A DNA stretch of 64,000 nt from Acidobacteriota bacterium (GCA_965205505.1 CBDBHB010000008.1:576001-640000); one strand, 5' to 3'; positions 50,385-60,360 are shown, counted from the first letter of the stretch. Notes: a model not told the origin generated them from the letters alone. Translations and numbers: made by a program.

Positions 50385-52010
50385 CTACTGCAAGTAAAAC
50401 TGGACCGTCATCATGAGCTGTGTCTTGACCGGTAAACCGTCGACGACGAACGGCTCGTAGCGCCATTGCTCGATAGCCTCACGGGCTGCAGCGTCCAGGA
50501 GCGGATCTGCGCTTTTGGTCACGGCGATGCGCTCTATACGACCGGCGAGCCCGAGGACGCCTTCGAGAGCCACCTTTCCCTGGATACGGGCGGCGCGCGC
50601 CTGCTCCGGATAGTTCGGGTCCACGAAGTGAGTACGTACGGGAGGCTCCCTGTCGCCGACGGAGACCACCTCGCGCACTACCAGGCGCCGACGACCGTTC
50701 TCGACCGTGAACCACAGATCCTCTGACCGGGCCAGGGAAGCCAGCGCGGCCGCTACCGTACTGTTGCGAGCTACCAGAGTTACCAGCCTGCTATCACCCA
50801 GCTGCGAGGTGTCCAGCTCGAAGCCACCGAGCCCGGCAAGCTGTTCAAGCACATCGTGCAGTCCCCTGCTCTCGAACGCGACATTCGCCCGCCTCCCACC
50901 GCCTCGAAGCTCGAGCAGATGCGGGAAGTCTGCCGTCAGGTCGGCTTGCGCGGCCAGTCGGTGGATCTGCGGGAGATTCGCATCGCCCGAGGCAGCCTCC
51001 TGCGGCGTCCCGTACGCGCCAGCCACGATCGAGACGGTGAACGCCATGGCTGCCAAAGTCAGTGCCAAGCGGTGTTTCTTCATGACGACGAGCCTCCCGC
51101 CTTTGTGAATGTGGCGCAGTCGCGCCGAGAACACAGACGTGGTGGGTATCAACAGCGCAAGTTCACCGGCTCCGTGAACAAAGCCGAAACGGAGCGTGCG
51201 CGCGAGAGCTTGTGCGTAGGTGCGTGCGTCCACTCCGGAGCGCAGGACCGCTTCGTCACACGCAAGCTCGGTGGTGCGGTGCAGGCGGGTGAGCACGAGC
51301 CAGGCGACCGGGAAGAAGTAGAGAGCCACTAGCACAGGTAGTGCAGCGATCCGCTGAAGCGGATGCCCGAGCCTGCGATGAGCATCTTCATGCGCGACCA
51401 CCGCGCCCAGCTGCCCGGCAGTGAGCGCCTCGCACAATACGCGCGGCAAGATGATGCGTGGTCGCCACAAACCGATGAGGCTCGGCATGATCGGCCGATC
51501 CACCACCGCGATTCGCGCTGGATCCACCCCATGACGGCTGGCGAGCTGGGCGAGCCGCACGGGGATCGACGATGTCGTCGAACCGGAAAGCAGGCGCAGG
51601 ACACCTGACCTCCGACGCCACAGCGTCGCCGTCACCGCAAACGCACCAAGCAGCCATGCCGCCGTGAGAATCCCGAAGAAAGCACTCTCACCAGTGAAGC
51701 TCGCGGACGGATGGGTCCACGGCGGAGGCACGAATACGGCGTTCAACCCACGCACGGCTGTCGTCACCGTCACGCTAGCTGACGGGGCTCGGAAATATGT
51801 GAGCCATTCAGCTGCCCACGGTGCCAGCAGCGACACCGGCAGCATCAGCTTCAGTAGCCCGATCCACCAGAGGTAACAGCGAAGACGGGCGGGTCCGCCG
51901 CGCAGCACACACTCCAGCACCAGGAGCACGGCGACGACAAGCGCGCTCTGCCACAGATGAACGGCGAACGCGCCCCAGAACGCAACGTAGTCCACCTCCA
52001 GAAGGCTCAT
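50385..52010 (-). CDS. BlaR1/M56 peptidase with STN-like and TonB C-terminal domains
   Basis: HLWQS, PRIILP, HEDAH, ELACDEAV; PNYPEQARAARIQGKV..LDAAAREAIEQWRYEP. Confidence 0.85.
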   Translation of the reverse strand: MSLLEVDYVAFWGAFAVHLWQSALVVAVLLVLECVLRGGPARLRCYLWWIGLLKLMLPVSLLAPWAAEWLTYFRAPSASVTVTTAVRGLNAVFVPPPWTHPSASFTGESAFFGILTAAWLLGAFAVTATLWRRRSGVLRLLSGSTTSSIPVRLAQLASRHGVDPARIAVVDRPIMPSLIGLWRPRIILPRVLCEALTAGQLGAVVAHEDAHRRLGHPLQRIAALPVLVALYFFPVAWLVLTRLHRTTELACDEAVLRSGVDARTYAQALARTLRFGFVHGAGELALLIPTTSVFSARLRHIHKGGRLVVMKKHRLALTLAAMAFTVSIVAGAYGTPQEAASGDANLPQIHRLAAQADLTADFPHLLELRGGGRRANVAFESRGLHDVLEQLAGLGGFELDTSQLGDSRLVTLVARNSTVAAALASLARSEDLWFTVENGRRRLVVREVVSVGDREPPVRTHFVDPNYPEQARAARIQGKVALEGVLGLAGRIERIAVTKSADPLLDAAAREAIEQWRYEPFVVDGLPVKTQLMMTVQFYLQ

Positions 52011-52408
52011 GACTCCGACTCCCGATTGCTCGACTCGTCGTTGCTGTCGAGCTGTCGCTCGATCTCACGCAAATCGTCCAGATTGAGCGCCTGCATCTGT
52101 GCCAGGTGGCTAAGCAACGGAGCCGCCGCACCGTCGAACAACGAATCGAGCAGCCGCGCGATCTCCTTGCGGATCATCGCTGGCCCGCTCACCAAGGGGC
52201 GATACACCACCGAGCGGCCGGACTTGCCGACGCGCTCGATGGCCCCTTTGTTCTCCAGTCGCTCGAATATCTTGCGGATGGTGGAATACGAGGGCGAGTG
52301 ATTGAGCTGAGCGTGGACGGCACCGGCAGAGGCCTCACCGCTCTGTGACAGCAACCAGAGGCACTGCAGCTCGAACCTGGATAGGTCCGGCAGCTTCTTC
52401 GGTTTCAT
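52007..52408 (-). CDS. BlaI/MecI/CopY family repressor
   Basis: RBS GGAGG; LSRFELQCL, YSTIRKIFERLENKG, LLDSLFDG. Confidence 0.9.
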   Translation of the reverse strand: MKPKKLPDLSRFELQCLWLLSQSGEASAGAVHAQLNHSPSYSTIRKIFERLENKGAIERVGKSGRSVVYRPLVSGPAMIRKEIARLLDSLFDGAAAPLLSHLAQMQALNLDDLREIERQLDSNDESSNRESES

Positions 52409-52527
52409 CTCCACCTCCGGAGCGCTTGTGTGACACTTGAAGCACTTAGAATGCGGCATCTGTCGCACATCTGTCAAGCGGCTCGAGGAAAATCTAGCGT
52501 TTGATGCAGCGGATGATCTCCCGTTTC

Positions 52528-53085
52528 GAACCGCCAGGTACAAGAACCCCGATCACGTCGAGACGTACATGATGTCGGCAACCCACAGGCGATCTGGAGC
52601 CCCAACGCTGAAGTCCCGGTTCACGAGATCCAGCACCGGCTGGACATCTGTGCGACGCTGGGTGGTACCTCGGCGTCGTCTCCGGCTCACACCCTCCAGC
52701 CCCGCCTGGCTCATCAGCCGCGCCACTCGCTTGCGCCCCACCCGAACACCGTCGGCGGTCAGCTCCGCGTGGATCCGGGGCACTCCTACGTGCCACGGCT
52801 GTCGGCGTGGATCTCGGCGATCCTTGCTTGCACTGTGCGTCGCGCCGCGCTCTAGCCAAGAGCGGTCGCTTACGCCACGCGTAGCACCCGCTGGTGGAGA
52901 CCTCCAGCACTCGGCACATCGCGGCCACGAGGTACTAAGCCTGGTGGCCGCTCACGAACTCCAAGACCTCTTCGGCACCGAGCCGGTCTCCTGAGACAAC
53001 CAGGCCGCGGCTTTGCCAGGACTCCCGCTCCAGCCTCAGCTGGCGGTTCTCACGCCGCAGCCGGCGCAGCTCCTCGTGCTCCGCG
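52528..53085 (-). mobile_element. Degenerate IS3 fragment related to the element at 1-944
   Basis: AAMCRVLEVSTSGCYAW, LWVADIMYVST, with frameshifts and stops; nucleotide similarity to 150-710. Confidence 0.85.
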
Positions 53086-53769
53086 GTTACCTAAGTCAGA
53101 AGCGGCCCCGGGCAAGTAGGTCGAGGTGACCAGCTCCGGCCGTGCACACGAGAAAACTAGCGGGGGACTTGTGCTCGCCATTCGCTGCGCGCCGGTTCGA
53201 CCTCGTGAAGCAGGGGTGCGAACTTGATGGCAATTGTCTTGGCCGCATCCGCATCCTGAATGACCAGGTGATCATTGCGCAGGCACGGCAGGGCGAATCC
53301 AGCAAGTGCTCCAAGTCCCGAAACACTCCGCCCTCGTTCTGGATGGGAAGACTGCGACCCAGGAACTCGACGAGTGGGAACATCCGCGCCCAGGCATTCG
53401 GTAAAGCTGCGTGCGGCGCGATGCCTGACATAACGAGCGCTATCGGAACTGATCCCGACCTGCGGTTCGTAATAGTCGTCCCAACTTCGCTGGAGCGTTC
53501 CGATTCTGCTTCGTGGGCTTCGAGGCATTGTATTTAACAAGCGGACATTGTGTGGTATGTCGCTGTGATTACTTTCCTTGAGATCAATGACCACGTATCT
53601 ACAACACAGGGGTCACAAATGAAGCATGTTCATACGCTACGAAACACTACAAAAGTTAACGTAAGACTTTTTGAAATCTTTCTAACGCGCGGTTTAGCGG
53701 AGAAAAGCCCTTAGAGTGGTCCTCGGATCGGAACCGAATTCCTTGCGGATACCCCTATCCCCTGCCGTC

Positions 53770-53965
53770 TCAAGCGCTGATCGTGAGCAGGTCTTCCTCT
53801 TGATAGCTGGGTTTGGGTTTGACGGCCGCAGCGACGAACCCAGGCTGAATTAGCGGCGGCACACGGCCCACTCGTCGTTCTGCTCGGCAAGCACGGCTCC
53901 AACCCAGGCGGATCAGCGCCGAGCGGTTCGGGAAGATTCCGACCACGTCAGTGCGGCGTCGGACC
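53770..53965 (-). mobile_element. IS256-family transposase C-terminal fragment
   Basis: VRRRTDVVGIFPNRSALIRL, then frameshifted AVLAEQNDEW. Confidence 0.75.
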
Positions 53966-54006
53966 GTGGGCAGATTCGAATCCCGACCTCCGGCGTGCAA
54001 GGCCGG
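53961..54006 (-). other. Degenerate tRNA-Ala(TGC) 3'-half fragment (possible att relic)
   Basis: Minus strand CCGGC CTTGCAC GCCGG AGGTC GGGA TTCGAAT CTGCC CACGGTCC: perfect anticodon stem-loop, imperfect T stem. Confidence 0.45.
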
Positions 54007-54200
54007 CTAACTGAATGAAACTACCAGGACTTCAACTGAGATCGGAAGGTCCGTGTTAGCCGCCATGTAGCTACTCCGGTTCGCTACCGCAGCACGACCT
54101 CCTCGCCGCTTGTGAGGTAGCTGGGCGACCGTACGGTGCGGGAGCCTCGATATTCCATAAGTTGATCCGGGTATCAACGCTCGGGGTGCACGAACGTTGT

Positions 54201-56078
54201 TTAGCGTCCCGTGTACTCCGAGCACAAGAGAAGGTTGCCCTCACTATCGGTCGCCAGAACCTGCGTGTAACCGGGCTGGCGATCCACGCCCATCTTGCTG
54301 TTGATCGCCTTGATGAGAGGGAACGCACTCCTCTGGCTTTGTAGCCAATCGTAGGCGTCCTGCGCGGAGGGTACCCAGAAGCTCATGTAGCCACTCGGCT
54401 TGTTGCGGCGAGGTGCTCCATGGCGCCGCCGTCCGGATTTGTAGAGCCCGAACACCAAGCCCGAGGCACTCCACCAGCCGCGATACCCTGAGTCGACGTA
54501 CGGAGCTCCCAGCTCCATCACGTTGGTGTAGAACTTCGCCCCGGCAGTCGCGGGCTTCGTCGACGGGTATCCCGTGTAGTCGAGTCCCAAGTTCATGCCA
54601 GTAGGGGGATTCGCTGCAACGGTCATCGATATCAGGGGCTTGAAGTCGGCGTCGAGGACATGAGTTACGAAGGCCGTCTCGTGGAACGGGTGGACGCCGG
54701 TGCCTTTCATGTCAATCATGTAGCTGACGATCGTGCGTGCGCCGAGCGACCGCACCCGAACCGACCGGGCGGCGATATCGACGCTCAGCCCGGCGGACGA
54801 GCGATCGTAGCGTGGCCAATACACGGTCGACAGGACATTGACCAAGCCGGAGCCGAGCTCGAGTCCTCGCGTCTTCGTGCGCGTGTCATCGAACCATCGC
54901 CCGCTCGAGCCGTACGCCTCGCCGATGACCGACGACTGCATCTTCACCCACGCGCTCGTGATCCGCTGCGCAGCAACGCCGGCGGGATCCGAGCCGTCTA
55001 GCCCGACGGGAGTGGCTGGCGGCGGGCCGTCGGTCGAGTAGTTCCGCTGCTTGATGATGAACGGGTTGCTGGTCAGGTTGGGCTTGTCGACGGCGATCGC
55101 GTATTGGTCGGGACCGTCATTGAGAAGAACCGTGTCGCTGCCAAGCAAGAACTTCGCGCCTGCCGCAAGCAGCTGGGTGCGCTTGGCATGCACGTCGGGA
55201 ACGTAGAACGTCGCCCAGCCATTGGCCAGCTTATCAGTGACGGTGGCCAGGCTGTTCATCCCGTCCTTCTCGAGACGGAACCGCGCGCGGTCGATCAAGT
55301 ACGTGGCTTGCGTGGGAGTGGAAGACTCGGCCGGACCCAGGAGCTGGTCGTAGAAATCCTGCGCACGGGCCAGCTCCGTAACCGGGTAGGAGAAGTCGAA
55401 GCTGAAAGCTTCCGGTCCGGGGACGCCCGTCTGCGGGTCGACATCAACACCAAAGGACTCGATCCAATGGCAGATCTTCCAATCTCCGTCGACTTTCGTC
55501 AGACCGTAGAGCATGAGCCCGAGATCCGTGTAGCACCAACGGGAGCCGCCTTCGACGTCTGCCCAACAGAGAACCGTGGCGAACCCGCCCGAGGCATCGA
55601 CCCAGACCTCAGCATTCCGGATCGTCCACTGCTCGGCGATGACACCGTCGATACGCTCGAAGGCGGCCCACTCGCCGGCAAGGTCAGCGACCACGGCAGC
55701 AGAATCCTGTTGGATACGGCCCATGATGCCCCTGTTGCTCTGCCGAATCACGTCAGGGACAAGCCGCGCCTGTACACTGGCGACATCGCGGCTCAGGTAT
55801 CGCTCCCAGACACCTTTGATCGTTCCAACGAGCGCGGCTTGGTCTACCCCAGAAGCGTTGCTTACGACGACAGCGCTGCTAGGGAAATCCACGGAGCCCG
55901 CCCTGATGCCGCAGATGGCCCTGTCCGCTCGCGCGCGTCGTGGGAAGGAGAACTCCAGCGCCTGAGAGGCGGCCACCGTGCCACCAGCGACGGCGATTCC
56001 TTGCAAAAGTCCCCTGCGCGAGAGTCCACGGCCCGCAATGAACTGTTCTCGCTTCGAGCTGCCGCCACCAGAACTCAT
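54201..56078 (-). CDS. Tat-exported protein with NTF2-VOC-NTF2-VOC architecture
   Basis: LSRRGLLQG; LTKVDGDWKICHW (NTF2); YPVTELARAQDFYDQLLG..TFYVPDV (VOC); second NTF2-like; KFYTNVMEL..SFWVPSA..DSEGNLL (VOC). Confidence 0.7.
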   Translation of the reverse strand: MSSGGGSSKREQFIAGRGLSRRGLLQGIAVAGGTVAASQALEFSFPRRARADRAICGIRAGSVDFPSSAVVVSNASGVDQAALVGTIKGVWERYLSRDVASVQARLVPDVIRQSNRGIMGRIQQDSAAVVADLAGEWAAFERIDGVIAEQWTIRNAEVWVDASGGFATVLCWADVEGGSRWCYTDLGLMLYGLTKVDGDWKICHWIESFGVDVDPQTGVPGPEAFSFDFSYPVTELARAQDFYDQLLGPAESSTPTQATYLIDRARFRLEKDGMNSLATVTDKLANGWATFYVPDVHAKRTQLLAAGAKFLLGSDTVLLNDGPDQYAIAVDKPNLTSNPFIIKQRNYSTDGPPPATPVGLDGSDPAGVAAQRITSAWVKMQSSVIGEAYGSSGRWFDDTRTKTRGLELGSGLVNVLSTVYWPRYDRSSAGLSVDIAARSVRVRSLGARTIVSYMIDMKGTGVHPFHETAFVTHVLDADFKPLISMTVAANPPTGMNLGLDYTGYPSTKPATAGAKFYTNVMELGAPYVDSGYRGWWSASGLVFGLYKSGRRRHGAPRRNKPSGYMSFWVPSAQDAYDWLQSQRSAFPLIKAINSKMGVDRQPGYTQVLATDSEGNLLLCSEYTGR

Positions 56079-56584
56079 CGTTGGGGGCTCATGTACCTGA
56101 CACACGGTCGCAGGGCGCTATTGTGGGAGGATCCGAAAAGGTATCAGAATTCGTCCCGATCTGGTGATCGAGGTTCGTCGTGACGTGATGAAAGAGCGGG
56201 ACGGCCCGATGCTGCGGCATGGACTGCAGGGAATTCATCTCAAGCCGATAGTGCGGCCTCGAGCTCGACAGCACCGGCCGGCCGCAGAGTTGTTGCAGAA
56301 GCGCTACGAGCTTTTCCGTAGCCGCCAGGCCTCTTGCATAGGCAGCATTAGCGAAACTGTCTGACGCAACGAGCACGGGCGTCCATAGAAGCAAACTGCA
56401 TGTCCGGGCCCCGCCCGGGGTGTCCGGGGTCGTCGCTACGCGTCGGCACGACGCAGTCGCTCGTTGCCGCAGCAAGCAAGCACGGGGCCGAGCACGCCAC
56501 TCGTGGAGCCGTCGCTCGGCTGCGCTACGGATGGCACCTATCCCATTGATGTATAAATCAAATCGAAGACAACGAACCCGCTCA

Positions 56585-57382
56585 CTACGAGTCTTTAAAG
56601 TTGTGAACGATACTTCGGACGTCATCGATTATGAAACGGATTGTCGAGTCAATATCGCAGCCGTCACATTTCAGTCCTGTTTCGTCAAAGACTATGCTAA
56701 TTGTCGGCTGAGCCTTCACATTCACTTCGGTCTCAGGTTTGGTCGTGTCGTAGGGAACCATGAATCTGAACCGGAGTGGTTCAGTTCCATGTTTCAATGG
56801 GTTCCATATGTTGTCGTCGGAGACGGTGACGCTATGGTCCGTTTCATCTATACCAATCGTCAGGTTGAGCGTAGCGAACTTTGGGATTGCGACGAGCAGC
56901 AAGCGGTGTTTGTCGATATTGTCGAGTCCAGAGAGAATCCAGAGAGGGTCGACGCATGGGTCCAATGGCCGTCGCTCGTAAGGTTGCAGCGCCTTGATTC
57001 GTGACTGAGCATCAGGGCTGATCGGTTTGATCATCCGATCGATTCTTTTCCGATTCTTAGGCGTGTCTACAGCGTAGATCGGAAACTGTGTCCGGTCACC
57101 CACGGACGGATTTCCTGCCGCAATAGCAAGCTGATAAATCAAGTGATCCAAGGACGATCTCAGATTGTGAACGGCATCGCCAAGATAGAGCCCGAAGTCT
57201 GGCGCAGGGTATCCTGCTTGCACGGAACAGGTTGCCAGCCTCCCTTCTGGTTGGTTTTCGACGGAGAGGAGGTTTACATTCGTGGCCATGCACGGATCGG
57301 TTGCAAGTGCTTCATACAAGTCGCGCAGGTGCTTTTCCGACCGATCGATCTTGGCTATCATTCCATCGAATGGTTCAATCAT
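56585..57382 (-). CDS. Hypothetical protein, paralog A (HEPN-like candidate)
   Basis: AKIDRSEKHL..GDAVHNLRSSLDHL..FPI..LQPY..LDNIDKHR; visibly AT-richer DNA. Confidence 0.75.
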   Translation of the reverse strand: MIEPFDGMIAKIDRSEKHLRDLYEALATDPCMATNVNLLSVENQPEGRLATCSVQAGYPAPDFGLYLGDAVHNLRSSLDHLIYQLAIAAGNPSVGDRTQFPIYAVDTPKNRKRIDRMIKPISPDAQSRIKALQPYERRPLDPCVDPLWILSGLDNIDKHRLLLVAIPKFATLNLTIGIDETDHSVTVSDDNIWNPLKHGTEPLRFRFMVPYDTTKPETEVNVKAQPTISIVFDETGLKCDGCDIDSTIRFIIDDVRSIVHNFKDS

Positions 57383-57441
57383 TAGGGATTAGACGAACAA
57401 GTGTGGAATCAGATAAGGGGCCTAATATTCAAGTGCGGCGT

Positions 57442-58242
57442 CTAAGATCGGGCCGAATCGCGAACGAGGACGGCGACCTGACGAACTTCTTCCAACAAGG
57501 CCGCGAGAAGATCGATGACGTTGCTACGGCTCGTGCGTGGCGGTCCTTGCCTGTGGGGGATGGTTACCGCAAGTCTGGCGAGGAAATTGAGGCGATAGTT
57601 GGGGTCAGGGTCGGGGAGGGTGACGTCGAATACCTCTGTGCCGTCTATCACTTCACCGAGATGTATTCCCACATGGATGGTCTGTTTGGCCTCGACCTTC
57701 AGGTTGATGGGCTCCCCGTGCTCCTGCTGGAAGTAGGGTAGGTGGAGCAGACGGTGCTTGTCGACATTGTCAAGGAACCGAAGGATGGTCAAAAGTGGCG
57801 GTATATCGGGCTCGGTGTGGCGTCGGTACGGTTGCACGCTCTCGATAGCGTCGATCACGGGTTTGCTAAGAGACTTGATACGCCACAGCCGGTCTTTGAA
57901 ACCGTTCGCGGAATCTTCGATCGGGAACACCAGCTGCCGGAAGGCAGCGGGTCGTGTACCTTCAGCCTCGTATGTGGCGATGGCGTAAACGAGATGGTCG
58001 AGGACCGTCCGCGCATTGTGGACACAATCAGCAGCGATCAGGGACCACCTGAGAATGTCTGGCTCCTCGCGGATGCGGGCCACGAGACTGTGGCGGGTTC
58101 CCTCCGGATTGCGCTGACGGGCCAGGGTTACCGGCTGGCGGTTTCTCCAGGCTCGGATCTCACCGTAGAGTGTGTCGGCGTGTTTCGTCGCCCTGGTAAG
58201 CTTTGCAGTACAGCTTTGGAGGTCGTCGAGCGTGGTGGCCAA
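57442..58242 (-). CDS. Hypothetical protein, paralog B (HEPN-like candidate)
   Basis: AKLTRATKHA..ADCVHNARTVLDHL..FPI..VQPY..LDNVDKHR. Confidence 0.75.
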   Translation of the reverse strand: MATTLDDLQSCTAKLTRATKHADTLYGEIRAWRNRQPVTLARQRNPEGTRHSLVARIREEPDILRWSLIAADCVHNARTVLDHLVYAIATYEAEGTRPAAFRQLVFPIEDSANGFKDRLWRIKSLSKPVIDAIESVQPYRRHTEPDIPPLLTILRFLDNVDKHRLLHLPYFQQEHGEPINLKVEAKQTIHVGIHLGEVIDGTEVFDVTLPDPDPNYRLNFLARLAVTIPHRQGPPRTSRSNVIDLLAALLEEVRQVAVLVRDSARS

Positions 58243-58529
58243 GAGTAAGTCTCAGAAGACGCCAAAGGGGGCAGAGATCCCGTTCCGGAAAAGGGCAAGT
58301 TTGGCATGATAGCAGACAAACATCTGGTTGCTTTCGGTTCCAGTCGGCCCACGGTCGCCTTGAGACTCTCTCCGTGCGGCAGGACTTGCGCCCCGAATCA
58401 AACGAAAGGTCGACTCCACCCTTCTCGCTCGTCACCTTGGAAGGCTCCGCACCGGCTAGAACCTGTGGAAGTTCAACGTGACCGTGCAGCCAGATGAGTT
58501 CGGACACGACATCTGAGTGAGTGACTGAG

Positions 58530-59669
58530 CTACGGGGCGGCGAATAGCCGGTCGACGATCTCTTCGGTCACTCGCCAGGTCAGGCTACGCCCGTCGGTCG
58601 CCAGGTGGCCCAGGACGATGACGACGACGTCAGCGTCGACGTAGCGACGCAAGATCGCCTCGTCCGCCTCGCCGAACGAGCCGCCGCCGTCATGCTCGAT
58701 CAGCAGGCCGTGCTCGGTCTGCTCGACGCCCCAGCCGTATGCGTAGTTGTCCAGGAAGGGTTCGTAGAACTTCGCCTTCGCCGCCGCCGACAGGATCGCC
58801 TCGCCCTCCAGCGCCTGGTGGTAGCGGTACAGGTCGCCGGTCGTCGTCAACAACCCGCCGTTGCCCAACAGGTTCCAGTACGGGTACGGCCGCTCGATGA
58901 AGGTGCCGCGGTCCTCGCCGTTGACGTAGTAGCGGGCCACGATGTGGCGGTCCCAGTCGGGCAGCCGGTAGCCTGTGGCGCTCATCCCAGCGGGCTTGAA
59001 GACGTTGTCGCTCAGGTACTCCTCGTAGGACCGGCCCGAGGTCTTCTCGATTACCGCGGCCAGTACGCTGTAGCCGGCGTTGGAGTAGTGGAACTCTTCA
59101 CCCGGAGCCGATAGCAGCGGTGCATCGAGAGCCTCCTGGATCGTCTCGTCGCGCAGTGCTACTTCGAAGTCCGCCTCCCCGTCCCAGTCGCCCGTGTAGT
59201 CGATCAAGCCCGCGGTGTGGGTGAGCAGTTGATGCAGCGTGATGCCTCGCTTCGCTTCGGGAACGCGATCGAAATACTTCGGGAGCATGTCTTCGGTGCT
59301 CAGCTTGCCCTGCATCTCCAACTTGAGGATGCCGGCGGCAGTGAACTGCTTCGTGATCGAGCCGATGCCGATGACGCTCTCGGCGGCGTTGGCGATGTCG
59401 TCGGAACGGATCGCCATACCGTAGCCTTTGTTCAGCAGGATCTTTCCCTGCCTGGCCACCAGCACCGTGCCGGCGAAGCGGTTGGGGGCGAGCGTAGCAA
59501 CGTAGGCGTCGAGGCGCGCCCCGAGCTCCCCGCGTACGACATTGGTGCCGCTGGGCTCCCCCGCCGCGTCGACGGCAGTGGGCGCGGCGCCGCTGCTGCA
59601 CCCGGACGGCGCCAGGATCATCGCCACGAGCAGGACGGTTGACGCCGAGCGTCTTTCGGGGCTAACCAT
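58530..59669 (-). CDS. Serine hydrolase (beta-lactamase class C/AmpC-like family), lipoprotein
   Basis: GSITKQF (SxxK), LLTHTAG, YSNAGY, HDGG; signal ending PSGC. Confidence 0.9.
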   Translation of the reverse strand: MVSPERRSASTVLLVAMILAPSGCSSGAAPTAVDAAGEPSGTNVVRGELGARLDAYVATLAPNRFAGTVLVARQGKILLNKGYGMAIRSDDIANAAESVIGIGSITKQFTAAGILKLEMQGKLSTEDMLPKYFDRVPEAKRGITLHQLLTHTAGLIDYTGDWDGEADFEVALRDETIQEALDAPLLSAPGEEFHYSNAGYSVLAAVIEKTSGRSYEEYLSDNVFKPAGMSATGYRLPDWDRHIVARYYVNGEDRGTFIERPYPYWNLLGNGGLLTTTGDLYRYHQALEGEAILSAAAKAKFYEPFLDNYAYGWGVEQTEHGLLIEHDGGGSFGEADEAILRRYVDADVVVIVLGHLATDGRSLTWRVTEEIVDRLFAAP

Positions 59670-60057
59670 ATGCGGAACCCTCCTCCTGCGGGATGTCGGG
59701 CGCAGGCCCGGCAGCGTGAGGAACTTACCCTTGCAGAGGGCGGAAATCTACACGGCCAGGACCCAGCCGCAAAGGCGACCTCGGGGCGGTGGCCCACCAG
59801 CGTCCGGAACGACCCGCCCGGCGCGACACCATGAGCGAGAACACACAGACCGGGCGAGGTAGTCGCGCCACGTCGCATCTCGGTCGGTGTGTAGACGGTC
59901 ATCGTCAACGGGCGAGCACTCCAAACGCCGACGAGCGGGAGCATGGAAAGGTGCAGGGCTCCTGTGCAGCTATTCAACCGAGACGACCGGGTCTCAGGGA
60001 GGAACCTGTTCACGACGCCATCGGTGGGTTCGCGCATCTGCGCGAGAACGGACCTCG

Positions 60058-60360
60058 TGTTCCAGCGTTCCACGTGTTCCAACCCCCCACCGACAAGAGG
60101 CGGAACATAATTGGTGTGCCTAACACGCTCCGTCTCCCGGACTTCCTTATTGGCGGCGCAGCCGATGGTAGCCGCGGCGTTTCGCTCCCACCGCAGCTCC
60201 TCTTAGAACCTCGCATCATCCCCTGCGGCGACTGCCGTGCCGGGATCCAGTGAGGCTCGACGGTGGCTTCGCTCGATCGTGTGAACAACTCGCCGCGCCT
60301 TCGTGTCCCGTGTTCCGCGTTCGATTACTGGGGGGTTGGAACAGGTGGAACAGTGGAACA
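60058..60360. repeat. Two 32-bp inverted iteron arrays (putative replication origin)
   Basis: Reverse complement of 60058-60089 matches 60329-60360 at 29/32; each has three TGGAAC units plus a G6 run. Confidence 0.75.

Noticed and set aside
53096-53700. AT-richer stretch with overlapping ORFs
   Set aside because: Probably a decayed foreign gene, but no motif could be assigned.
57383-57441. Integron attC site between the tandem paralogs
   Set aside because: The short inverted match (ATTAGAC/GCCTAAT) has the wrong polarity for RYYYAAC...GTTRRRY, and no integron integrase is present.
58250-58520. Possible antitoxin (AbiEi-like) C-terminal fragment
   Set aside because: Similarity is too weak and fragmented to support without a search.
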